From: Octopus sinensis
Lineage: Eukaryota
DNA: 64,000 nucleotides
Direction: 5' to 3'
Assembly: GCF_006345805.1 (NCBI RefSeq)
Contig: NC_043005.1
Span: 76,260,001 to 76,324,000, forward strand
Shown: positions 51,597 through 63,589 of the stretch, one piece after another
Layout of the letters: each line of letters begins with the position of its first letter
How positions within the stretch are numbered: position 1 is the first letter of the stretch
The notes under the pieces: model-generated
What the model was told of the DNA's origin: nothing
The model's database searches: none
Seen by the model: the letters and a program-made list of their open reading frames with translations, nothing else
Translations under genes and position numbers: made by a program

Positions 51597-54500
51597 TAGT
51601 CAATTTAGGGTAGCAAAAAAATTCATAGAAATTTATCGCAACCAGCGGTCTGGTGGAAAAGAGAAAATAGTCATCGACTAAATATATAAATATAACAATT
51701 TAGAAGTGACCCCAACAGGTCACTCGTCCACCAGAAAGAGCAGCCATAACTCACACCGCCGCCAAGTAGTAGTAATTCAGAAATTAGGTGAAAATTTAAA
51801 AACATTTACCCTAATTCATCTTTTAGACGTTGCAACGTTTCGTGTCATTAATGATTAAATTAGCTTAATTAAATTAAATTAAGCCAATCTACCATAGGTT
51901 ACACTTCATCAGTAAAAGACCTGGGAGAGACAAATATACACGAGGCGTCTGTATCGATGCCTACGGGATATCTGACTTAAAATTTTCAAGACTGACGTAT
52001 TCGCGCCAAACTTATCAGCAGTAAATATAAACTGCCGATTCAATCTCAGAATTATTCAGAAAATTATCAATTAGTCAATTTAGGGTAGCAAAAAAATTCA
52101 ATAGAAATTTATCGCAACCAGCGGCGGCTGGTGGAAAAGGAAAATAGTCATCGACTAAATATATAAATATAACAATTTAGGAGTGACCCCAACAGGTCAC
52201 TCGTCCACCAGAAAGAGCAGCCATAACTCACACCGCCAAGTAGTAGTAATTCAGAAATTAGGTGAAAATTTAAAAACATTTACCCTAATTCATCTTTTAG
52301 ACGTTGCAACGTTTCTGTGTCATTAATGATTAAATTAGCTTAATTAAATTAAATTAAGCCAATCTACCATAGGTTACACTTCATCAGTAAAAGACCTGGG
52401 AGAGACAAATATACACGAGGCGTCTGTATCGATGCCTACGGGATATCTGACTTAAAATTTTCAAGACTGACGTATTCGCGCCAAACTTATCATCAGTAAA
52501 TATAAACTGCCGATTCAATCTCAGAATTATTCAGAAAATTACAATTAGTCAATTTAGGGTAGCAAAAAAATTCAATAGAAATTTATCGCAACCAGCGGCC
52601 TGGTGGAAAGAGAAAATAGTCATCGACTAAATATATATAATATAACAATTAGGAGTGACCCAACAGGTCACTCGTCCACCAGAAAGAGCAGCCATAACTC
52701 ACACCGCCAAGTAGTAGTAATTCAGAAATTAGGTGAAAATTAAAAAACATTTAACCCTAATTCATCTTTTAGACGTTGCAACGTTTCTGTGTCATTCATT
52801 ATGATTAAATTAGCTTATAAATTAAATTAAGCCAATCTACCATAGGTTACACTTCATCAGTAAAAGACCTGGGAGAGACAAATATACACGAGGCGTCTGT
52901 ATCGATGCCTACGGGATATCTGACTTAAAATTTTCAAGACTGACGTATTCGCGCCAAACTTATCAGCAGTAAATATAAACTGCCGATTCAATCTCAGAAT
53001 TATTCAGAAAATTATCAATTAGTCAATTTAGGGTAGCAAAAAAATTCAGTAGAAATTTATCGCAACCAGCGGCCTGGTGGAAAAGAGAAAATAGTCATCG
53101 ACTAAATATATAAATATAACAATTTAGGAGTGACCCCAACAGGTCACTCGTCCACCAGAAAGAGCAGCCATAACTCACACCGCCAAGTAGTAGTAATTCA
53201 GAAATTAGGTGAAAATTTAAAAAAAAATTTACCCTAATTCATCTTTTAGACGTTGCAACGTTTCTGTGTCATTAATGATTAAATTAGCTTAATTAATAAT
53301 TTAAGCCAATCTACCATAGGTTACACTTCATCAGTAAAAGACCTGGGAGAGACATATACACGAGGCGTCTGTATCGATGCCTACGGATATCTGACTTAAA
53401 ATTTTCAAGACTGACGTATTCGCGCCAAACTTATCAGCAGTAAATATAAACTGCCGATTCAATCTCAGAATTATTCAGAAAATATCATTAGTCAATTTAG
53501 GGTAGCAAAAAAATTCAATAGAAATTTATCGCAACCAGCGGCCTGGTGGAAAAGAGAAAATAGTCATCGACTAAATATATAAATATAACAATTTAGGAGT
53601 GACCCCAACAGGTCCTCGTCCACCAGAAAGAGCAGCCATAACTCACACACAACCGCCAAGTAGTAGTAATTCAGAAATTAGGTGAAAATTTAAAAACATT
53701 TACCCTAATTCATCTTTTAGACGTTGCAACGTTTCTGTGTCATTAATGATTAATTAGCTTAATTAAATTAAATTAAGCCAATCTACCATAGGTTACACTT
53801 CATCAGTAAAAGACCTGGGAGAGACAAATATACACGAGGCGTCTGTATCGATGCCTACGGATATCTGACTTAAAATTTTCAAGACTGACGTATTCGCGCC
53901 AAACTTATCAGCAGTAAATATAAACTGCCGATTCAATCTCAGAATTATTCAGAAAATTATCAATTAGTCAATTTAGGGTAGCAAAAAAATTCAATAGAAA
54001 TTTATCGCAACCAGCGGCCTGGTGGAAAAGAAAAATAGTCATCGACTAATATATAAATATAACAATTTAGGAGTGACCCCAACAGGTCACTCGTCCACCA
54101 GAAGAGCAGCCATAACTCACACACACCGCCAAGTAGTAGTAATTCAGAAATTAGGTGAAAATTTAAAAACATTTACCCTAATTCATCTTTTAGACGTTGC
54201 AACGTTTCTGTGTCATTAATGATTAAATTAGCTTAATTAAATTAAATTAGCCAATCTACCTATAGGTTACACTTCATCAGTAAAAGACCTGGGAGAGACA
54301 AATATACACGAGGCGTCTGTATCGATGCCTACGGGATATCTGACTTAAAATTTTCAAGACTGACGTATTCGCGCCAAACTTATCAGCAGTAAATATAAAC
54401 TGCCGATTCAATCTCAGAATTATTATTCAGAAAATTATCAATTAGTCAATTTAGGGTAGCAAAAAAATTCAGTAGAAATTTATCGCAACCAGCGGCCTGG

Positions 54501-55231
54501 TGGAAAAGAGAAAATAGTCATCGACTAAATATATAAATATAACAATTTAGGAGTGACCCCAACAGGTCACTCGTCCACCAGAAAGAGCAGCCATAACTCA
54601 CACCCCGCCAAGTAGTAGTAATTCAGAAATTAGGTGAAAATTAAAAACATTTACCCTAATTCATCTTTTAGACGTTGCAACGTTTCTGTGTCATTAATGA
54701 TTAAATTAGCTTAATTAAATTAAATTAAGCCAATCTACCATAGGTTACACTTCATCAGTAAAAGACCTGGGGAGACAAAATACACGAGGCGTCTGTATCG
54801 ATGCCTACGGGATATCTGACTTAAAATTTTCAAGACTGACGTATTCGCGCCAAACTTATCAGCAGTAAATATAAACTGCCGATTCAATCTCAGAATTATT
54901 CAGAAAATTATCAATTAGTCATTTAGGGTAGCAAAAAAATTCATAGAAATTTATCGCAACCAGCGGCCTGTGGAAAGAGAAAATAGTCATCGACTAAATA
55001 TATAAATATAACAATTTAGGAGTGACCCCAACAGGTCACTCGTCCACCAGAAAGAGCAGCCATAACTCACACCGCAAGTAGTAGTAATTCAGAAATTAGG
55101 TGAAAATTTAAAAACATTTACCCTAATTCATCTTTTAGACGTTGCAACGTTTCTGTGTCATTAATGATTAAATTAGCTTAATTAAATTAGCTTAATTAAA
55201 TTAGCTTATTAAATTAAATTAAGCCAATCTA
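51597..55231 (-). repeat. Left arm of the ~474-bp hammerhead tandem array (family HH1), ~7.6 units, ribozyme on the minus strand
   Basis: Marker ACGTTGCAACGT at 51827, 52301, 52773, 53250, 53721, 54194, 54672, 55139 (last copy lacks the CTGATGA half). Confidence 0.97.
52293..52394 (-). ncRNA. Type I hammerhead fold, representative minus-strand copy (7 complete in the left arm)
   Basis: Reverse complement of the 56066-56167 motif. Confidence 0.85.
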
Positions 55232-55233
55232 AC

Positions 55234-58200
55234 AAATGTTTTTAAATTTTCACCTAATTTCTGAATTACTACTACTTGGCGGTGTGAGTTATGGCTGCTC
55301 TTTCTGGTGGACGAGTGACCTGTTGGGGTCACTCCTAAATTGTTATATTTATATATTTAGTCGATGACTATTTTCTCTTTTCCACCAGGCCGCTGGTTGC
55401 GATAAATTTCTATTGAATTTTTTTGCTACCCTAAATTGACTAATTGATAATTTTCTGAATAATTCTGAGATTGAATCGGCAGTTTATATTTACTGCTGAT
55501 AAGTTGTGCGCGAATACGTCAGTCTTGAAAATTTTAAGTCAGATATCCCGTAGGCATCGATACAGACGCCTCGTGTATATTTGTCTCTCCCAGGTCTTTT
55601 ACTGATGAGTGTAACCTATGGTAGATTGGCTTAATTTAATTTAATTAAGCTATTTAATCATTAATGACACAGAAACGTTGCAACGTCTAAAAGATGAATT
55701 AGGGTAAATGTTTTTAAATTTTCACCTAATTTCTGAATTACTACTACTTGGCGGTGTGAGTTATGGCTGCTCTTTCTGGTGGACGAGTGACCTGTTGGGG
55801 TCACTCCTAAATTGTTATATTTATATATTTAGTCGATGACTATTTTCTCTTTTCCACCAGGCCGCTGGTTGCGATAAATTCTATTGAATTTTTTTGCTAC
55901 CCTAAATTGACTAATTGATAATTTTCTGAATAATTCTGAGATTGAATCGGCAGTTTATATTTACTGCTGATAAGTTTGGCGCGAATACGTCAGTCTTGAA
56001 AATTTTAAGTCAGATATCCCGTAGGCATCGATACAGACGCCTCGTGTATATTTGTCTCTCCCAGGTCTTTTACTGATGAAGTGTAACCTATGGTAGATTG
56101 GCTTAATTTAATTTAATTAAGCTAATTTAATCATTAATGACACAGAAACGTTGCAACGTCTAAAAGATGAATTAGGGTAAATGTTTTTAAATTTTCACCT
56201 AATTTCTGAATTACTACTACTTGGCGGTGTGAGTTATGGCTGCTCTTTCTGGTGGACGAGTGACCTGTTGGGGTCACTCCTAAATTGTTATATTTATATA
56301 TTTAGTCGATGACTATTTTCTCTTTTCCACCAGGCCGCTGGTTGCGATAAATTTCTATTGAATTTTTTTGCTACCCTAAATTGACTAATTGATAATTTTC
56401 TGAATAATTCTGAGATGAATCGGCAGTTTTATTTACTGCTGATAAGTTGGCGCGAATACGTCAGTCTTGAAAATTTTAAGTCAGATATCCCGTAGGCATC
56501 GATACAGACGCCTCGTGTATATTTGTCTCTCCCAGGTCTTTTACTGATGAAGTGTAACCTATGGTAGATTGGCTTAATTTAATTTAATCATTAATGACAC
56601 AGAAACGTTGCAACGTCTAAAAGATGAATTAGGGTAAATGTTTTTAAATTTTCACCTAATTTCTGAATTACTACTACTTGGCGGTGTGAGTTATGGCTGC
56701 TCTTTCTGGTGGACGAGTGACCTGTTGGGGTCACTCCTAAATTGTTATATTTATATATTTAGTCGATGACTATTTTCTCTTTTCCACCAGGCCGCTGGTT
56801 GCGATAAATTTCTATTGAATTTTTTTGCTACCCTAAATTGACTAATTGATAATTTTCTGAATAATTCTGAGATTGAATCGGCAGTTTATATTTACTGCTG
56901 ATAAGTTTGGCGCGAATACGTCAGTCTTGAAAATTTTAAGTCAGATATCCCGTAGGCATCGATACAGACGCCTCGTGTATATTTGTCTCTCCAGTCTTTT
57001 ACTGATGAAGTGTAACCTATGGTAGATTGGCTTAATTTAATTTAATTAAGCTAATTTAATCATTAATGACACAGAAACGTTGCAACGTCTAAAAGATGAA
57101 TTAGGGTAAATGTTTTTAAATTTTCACCTAATTTCTGAATTACTACTACTTGGCGGTGGTGAGTTATGGCTGCTCTTTCTGGTGGACGAGTGACCTGTTG
57201 GGGTCACTCCTAAATTGTTATATTTATATATTTAGTCGATGACTATTTTCTCTTTTCCACCAGGCCGCTGGTTGCGATAAATTTCTACTGAATTTTTTTG
57301 CTACCCTAAATTGACTAATTGATATTTTCTGAATAATTCTGAGATTGAATCGGCAGTTTATATTTACTGCTGATAAGTTTGGCGCGAATACGTCAGTCTT
57401 GAAAATTTTAAGTCAGATATCCCGTAGGCATCGATACAGACGCCTCGTGTATATTTGTCTCTCCAGGTCTTTTACTGATGAAGTGTAACCTATGGTAGAT
57501 TGCTTAATTTAATTTAATTAAGCTAATTTAATCATTAATGACACAGAAACGTTGCAACGTCTAAAAGATGAATTAGGGTAATGTTTTTAAATTTTCACCT
57601 AATTTCTGAATTACTACTACTTGGCGGTGTGAGTTATGGCTGCTCTTTCTGGTGGACGAGTGACCTGTTGGGGTCACTCCTAAATTTTTATTTATATATT
57701 TAGTCGATGACTATTTTCTCTTTTTCACCAGGCCGCTGGTGCGATAAATTTCTATTGAATTTTTTTGCTACCCTAAATTGACTAATTGATAATTTTCTGA
57801 ATAATCTGAGATTGAATCGGCAGTTTATATTTACTGCTGATAAGTTTGGCGCGAATACGTCAGTCTTGAAAATTTTAAGTCAGATATCCCGTAGGCATCG
57901 ATACAGACGCCTCGTGTATATTTGTCTCTCCCAGGTCTTTTACTGATGAAGTGTAACCTATGGTAGATTGGCTTAATTTAATTTAATTAAGCTAATTAAT
58001 CATTAATGACACAGAAACGTTGCAACGTCTAAGATGAATTAGGGTAAATGTTTTTAAATTTTCACCTAATTTCTGAATTACTACTACTTGGCGGTGTGAG
58101 TTATGGCTGCTCTTTCTGGTGGACGAGTGACCTGTTGGGGTCACTCCTAATTGTTATATTTATATATTTAGTCGATGACTATTTTCTCTTTTCCACCAGG

Positions 58201-59580
58201 CCGCTGGTTGCGATAAATTTCTATTGAATTTTTTTGCTACCCTAAATTGACTAATTGATAATTTTCTGAATAATTCTGAGATTGAATCGGCAGTTTATAT
58301 TTACTGGCTGATAAGTTTGGCGCGAATACGTCAGTCTTGAAAATTTTAAGTCAGATATCCCGTAGGCATCGATACAGACGCCTCGTGTATATTTGTCTCT
58401 CCCAGGTCTTTTACTGATGAAGTGTAACCTATGGTAGATTGGCTTAATTTAATTTAATTAAGCTAATTTAATCATTAATGACACAGAAACGTTGCAACGT
58501 CTAAAAGATGAATTAGGGTAATGTTTTTTAAATTTTCACCTAATTTCTGAATTACTACTACTTGGCGGTGTGAGTTATGGCTGCTCTTTCTGGTGGACGA
58601 GTGACCTGTTTGGGGTCACTCCTAAATGTTATATTATATATTTAGAGTCGATGACTATTTTCTCTTTTCCACCAGGCCGCTGGTTGCGATAAATTTCTAT
58701 TGAATTTTTTTGCTACCCTAAATTGACTAATTGATAATTTTCTGAATAATTCTGAGATTGAATCGGCAGTTTATATTTACTGCTGATAAGTTTGGCGCGA
58801 ATACGTCAGTCTTGAAAATTTTAAGTCAGATATCCCGTAGGCATCGATACAGACGCCTCGTGTATATTTGTCTCTCCCAGTCTTTTACTGATGAAGTGTA
58901 ACCTATGGTAGATTGGCTTAATTTATTTAATTAAGCTAATTTAATCATTAATGACACAGAAACGTTGCAACGTCTAAAAGATGAATTAGGGTAAATGTTT
59001 TTAAATTTTCACCTAATTTCTGATTACTACTACTTGGCGGTGTGAGTTATGGCTGCTCTTTCTGGTGGACGAGTGACCTGTTGGGGTCACTCCTAATTTT
59101 ATATTTATATATTTAGTCGATGACTATTTTCTCTTTTCCACCAGGCCGCTGGTTGCGATAAATTTCTACTGAATTTTTTTGCTACTACCCTAAATTGACT
59201 ATTGATATTTTCTGAATAATCTGAGATTGAATCGGCAGTTTTATTTACTGCTGATAAGTTGTTGCGCGAATACTTCAGTCTTGAAAATTTTAAGTCAGAT
59301 TCCCCGTAGGCATCGATACAGACGCCTCGTGTATATTTGTCTCTCCCAGGTCTTTTACTGATGAAGTGTAACCTATGGTAGATTGGCTTAATTTAATTTA
59401 ATTAAGCTAATTTAATCATTAATGACACAGAAACGTTGCAACGTCTAAAAGATGAATTAGGGTAAATGTTTTTAAATTTTCACCTAATTTCTGAATTACT
59501 ACTACTACTTGGCGGTGTGAGTATTGCTGCTCTTTCTGGTGGACGAGTGACCTGTGGGGTCACCTCCTAAATTGTTATAT
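55234..59580 (+). repeat. Right arm of the HH1 array, ~9.2 units, ribozyme on the plus strand
   Basis: Marker at 55675, 56148, 56605, 57077, 57549, 58017, 58489, 58962, 59433. Confidence 0.97.
56066..56167 (+). ncRNA. Type I hammerhead fold, representative plus-strand copy (9 in the right arm)
   Basis: TCTTTTA(56066-72) CTGATGA(56073-79) A GTGT..ACAC A GAAA(56145-48) CGTTGCAAC GTC(56158-60) TAAAAGA(56161-67). Confidence 0.87.
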
Positions 59581-59612
59581 ATATACATATATATATATAT
59601 TATATATTAATT

Positions 59613-59664
<52 letters not shown>

Positions 59665-59873
59665 AAGTGAACTGTAAATGGAGACAATACTCCGTTTATA
59701 GTACGACTTTGTTTTGTGCTCGTTTATAAGCTAAGGAGTATATAAAATTTTTGTAGAATATGAAAATGTCAGTTGTGAGTATTTTACATCCGAAAATGAA
59801 ATCGTGCTTACAGTGATTTATAAGACTTGGATGAGATACATGTGTATATCAAAAATTCAAATAATAAAAGTTT

Positions 59874-59908
<35 letters not shown>

Positions 59909-59910
<2 letters not shown>

Positions 59911-60034
59911 CAGGTAGCTTTATGAAAATAGACAAAAGACGAAGGCAGGTGGGAAACAAACAAACAATTGTATTAGTATGGCGCTCAGGAAATATAAATA
60001 AAACAAGTCTTTAACGTTTCGAGCTTACGCTCAT
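59909..60034 (-). repeat. Pseudo-LTR repeat P fragment with the 3' half of a minimal hammerhead
   Basis: Minus strand GAGC(GTAA)GCTC-GAAAC-GTT-AAAGAC; the 5' core is lost at (TA)n. Confidence 0.7.
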
Positions 60035-60061
60035 ATATATATATATGTATATACATATATA

Positions 60062-60350
60062 TTAATAATGAAGGATACTACTTGTGGCACGAGCATGCTA
60101 GAAATAACTGTCAAAACAACGCAATGCCATAGTTTTCACTTGTACACAAGGGCGAACTCGAGGGAACATGCAGTAAAATTTTAAGACGAAAAGAATCGAA
60201 AATGAAAATCAGACATACCCATATCTCAGGGATTTCGAACTTTTTGAACAATCACTTTACTCCTCGTTCCTTCGATTTCGCCCTTGTGTGAGTCGTTTTA
60301 ACTACTATTTTCAGCAGGTTGGTGCTACATGTTGTAGCCTTCATTATTAA
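60062..60350. mobile_element. Degenerate MITE/foldback element
   Basis: TTAATAATGAAGG termini inverted; internal inverted pair CACAAGGGCGAA / TTCGCCCTTGTG. Confidence 0.7.
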
Positions 60351-60472
60351 GGAATAATTTTGTCATTATGGTTCTTTTACACGTGCTACCCACTGATATT
60401 ATTGTAAATTTCTAACTATAATATCCTTATATATTTTCATGTTTATATATATGTATATTTCTATGTATGTAT

Positions 60473-60524
<52 letters not shown>

Positions 60525-60572
60525 AGTATATGTATATATGTATGTATTATGTATATATATAATATCTAATTT

Positions 60573-60675
60573 TATTGTATAAAGGGTCGTAGGTAAGGCC
60601 AGAACTATGCGAAGTAATTGCAAAGCGAATTTACTGCGCATTGTTCTGGCCTTACCCCCGATTCTTTATACAATA
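60573..60675. repeat. ~100-bp imperfect hairpin
   Basis: TATTGTATAAAG..GGTAAGGCCAGAAC pairs with GTTCTGGCCTTACC..CTTTATACAATA. Confidence 0.85.
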
Positions 60676-60747
60676 TATTCTACACAATGCTTCATAGTAT
60701 TTATCCCATATATATATATATATATGTTATTATATATATATATATAT

Positions 60748-60786
<39 letters not shown>

Positions 60787-60838
60787 GATAGATAAATGGA
60801 TAGATAGATTGATATACATGCATATATATATATATATC

Positions 60839-60947
<109 letters not shown>

Positions 60948-61424
60948 ATGGGTAGATAGATTGATAGATTGATAGATAGATAAATAGGCAGATACTTAAA
61001 TATTGCTTAAGATTAGCTTCGGTAGTAAAAGGTTTTCAAGGGACCACTCATTGGTTCAGTGCATCTCTGAAATTGTGAGTCACAAGGGATTATCTGCAAT
61101 GCAAGACGTATATGTCAAATTAATATGGTTGAAAGGCATCAATATTTCGCTTTTCGAATATTTATATGTATTTATTTCGCCGAGAGAATGGTTTGGGTAT
61201 ATCATATATTTATATATATATATATATGTAGTATGTTATGTATGTATGTATGTATGTATGTATGTATGTATGTATGTATGTATTTATGTATCTATGTATA
61301 TATGTGCGTGTGTGTGTATGTGCAAATCTATGTATTTGTATATACACACATATATATGTATATAAGCATATATATATATATATGTATCTCAATGTATGCA
61401 TGTATGTATATATATATATGTATG

Positions 61425-61467
<43 letters not shown>

Positions 61468-61908
61468 TATATATATATATATATATGTGTGTTGTGTGTG
61501 TGGTGTATCTTCTTTCTATCTACATGGGAGAACATACTATAAACATTGCAAATCTACACTACACTACACTACACTACACTAGAAACGCTTAATAAAATGT
61601 GATTTTACTTTCTCCCTTGTTTACAGCATGTACTAAAAATTTTTACATGAAGACATTTTTCTATACGAAAACTTTTCTGCTATATGTGATCCTTTTGCAT
61701 ATTTTGTGAGCGTAAAACTCACCTTCTGAAGATATATGTCGCTATGCATACTGTCTGGCGCTGTAACAATTCTGCCAGCTCGTCGTCATATATGCATCTA
61801 CTTATTTACAGAGTATCATTGTAGTGGAGAGCTTAATTTACATACAACACACAAACAAAAACACACGACATACACGCACACACACTATATATATGTATCT
61901 GTATATAT

Positions 61909-61958
<50 letters not shown>

Positions 61959-62186
61959 TATATATATATATATATTTATGCTTGTTCGTGAGTATATATT
62001 TATGTGTGTGTTTGTATATGTGTGTGTGTGATAAAATTAGAGCTAATTTAATTAGTGCAGCGAACCAAGAAATTTTAATTAATTGAAATTACGTGCATAG
62101 GGGGAAGAAAGAACATAATGGATTTAGTGATTAAGTCTGTTCAAGAGAAGGGGGTGCAACAACTATCGTAATTTAGATTTTATATA

Positions 62187-62280
62187 ATGGTGATAAAGTT
62201 TGACTTCTGTTTAAATGTTGACAACTCAAGGCATGTTTTAGTCTTATTAGATCTCCTCAATAATTTTGATGCGACTCTAC
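62187..62280 (+). mobile_element. L2/CR1-type RT remnant
   Basis: DFCLNVDNSRHVLVLLDLLNNFDA resembles ND.L...D.G....LVLLDLS.AFD. Confidence 0.35.
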
Positions 62281-62539
62281 CTGTACTGTTCTCTCTCTCT
62301 CTCCCTTTCGTTTTCTCTCTCATACTTTCTCTAATTCTTTTTTCTCCCATTCACCGTTTTCTATCTGTCGCTCTCTCTCTCTCTCCCGTTGCTCACACGT
62401 GACCATCGTCCATGTTTCTTTTCCTCGCGTGATCATCTTTCTTTTTCTTCAGTCTCTCACACAGACCAGACCCATACTTATCTGGCTCCTCTCCTATCTC
62501 TTCTCTTGTGAAAGAATATTCCTCCAACGTTTGATACCT

Positions 62540-62891
62540 TACCTCGTCTGGCCTAACGGCGCTCCATGTTTGTTTTCGTTTGGATTGTTGTGTTTCCACT
62601 GTCCTGTTTTTGTTACCAACTTTAACCCTCCGCAAAATCCCAAATTTTATTTTGTTTCGCGGGAGCAACTGTTTTTCGAATCCTCATATTGCCGTTAATT
62701 GCTCGAAATGTGGAGTAGATAAACAGCCGACTACTGATGAAGGGTCGTTCTTTATGTTACTTGTCTCGTTTTCCATTTGTTTCTCTCGTTGTTCGCATAC
62801 CCAAGTTTGCTTTCGTATTTCATGTTGTTTTCGTATTTCGTAATTCGTTGTTTTCATAATTCAGGTTGTTTACGTTTAGTGACGCCTGTAC
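62540..62891 (+). repeat. Dispersed repeat Q, second copy
   Basis: Motif order shared with 1046-1495(-). Confidence 0.45.
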
Positions 62892-62924
62892 CTACCTACC
62901 TACCTACATACATACATACATACA

Positions 62925-62955
<31 letters not shown>

Positions 62956-63089
62956 TACATACATACATACATACATACATACACACACACATATATAACT
63001 AAGTATGTACATATATGTATGTATGTATGATATATTTTTTATCTATATTATTATATGATTGAACGTCACGCATTATTTCCAAGTAAGAT

Positions 63090-63135
<46 letters not shown>

Positions 63136-63232
63136 GTCTTTAATGTTTGGAGCCTACGCTCTTCCACAGAAAGGAACACAGAAGAAACAAGGAGAGAAAA
63201 AATGAGTGTAGTGGGTAGTAATCTATTATGGC

Positions 63233-63309
<77 letters not shown>

Positions 63310-63506
63310 CCATGATAGATTGTTAGCCACTATACACATTTTTTTCTCTCTTTGTTTCTCTCCTTGTTTTTTTTGGTCCCTTTCTGCAGAAGAGTGTAGG
63401 CTGGAAACGTAAAAGACTTTTTCTATTCCTGAGCGTTATACTAATACATCCGTTTGTTTTGTATACCACCTGTCCTCGTCTTCTGTTTTTTTCGTGAATT
63501 CTCCCT

Positions 63507-63507
<1 letters not shown>
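63136..63507. repeat. Inverted pair of pseudo-LTR repeat P around a (TA)n spacer
   Basis: 63136-63235(-) and 63306-63507(+), each with a decayed minimal hammerhead. Confidence 0.8.

Positions 63508-63589
<82 letters not shown>

Noticed and set aside
51597-59580. Array as CRISPR, rDNA/5S/histone repeat or protein-coding repeat
   Set aside because: No variable spacers or cas genes, eukaryotic context, no rRNA or snRNA motifs recognised, no ORF spanning a unit.
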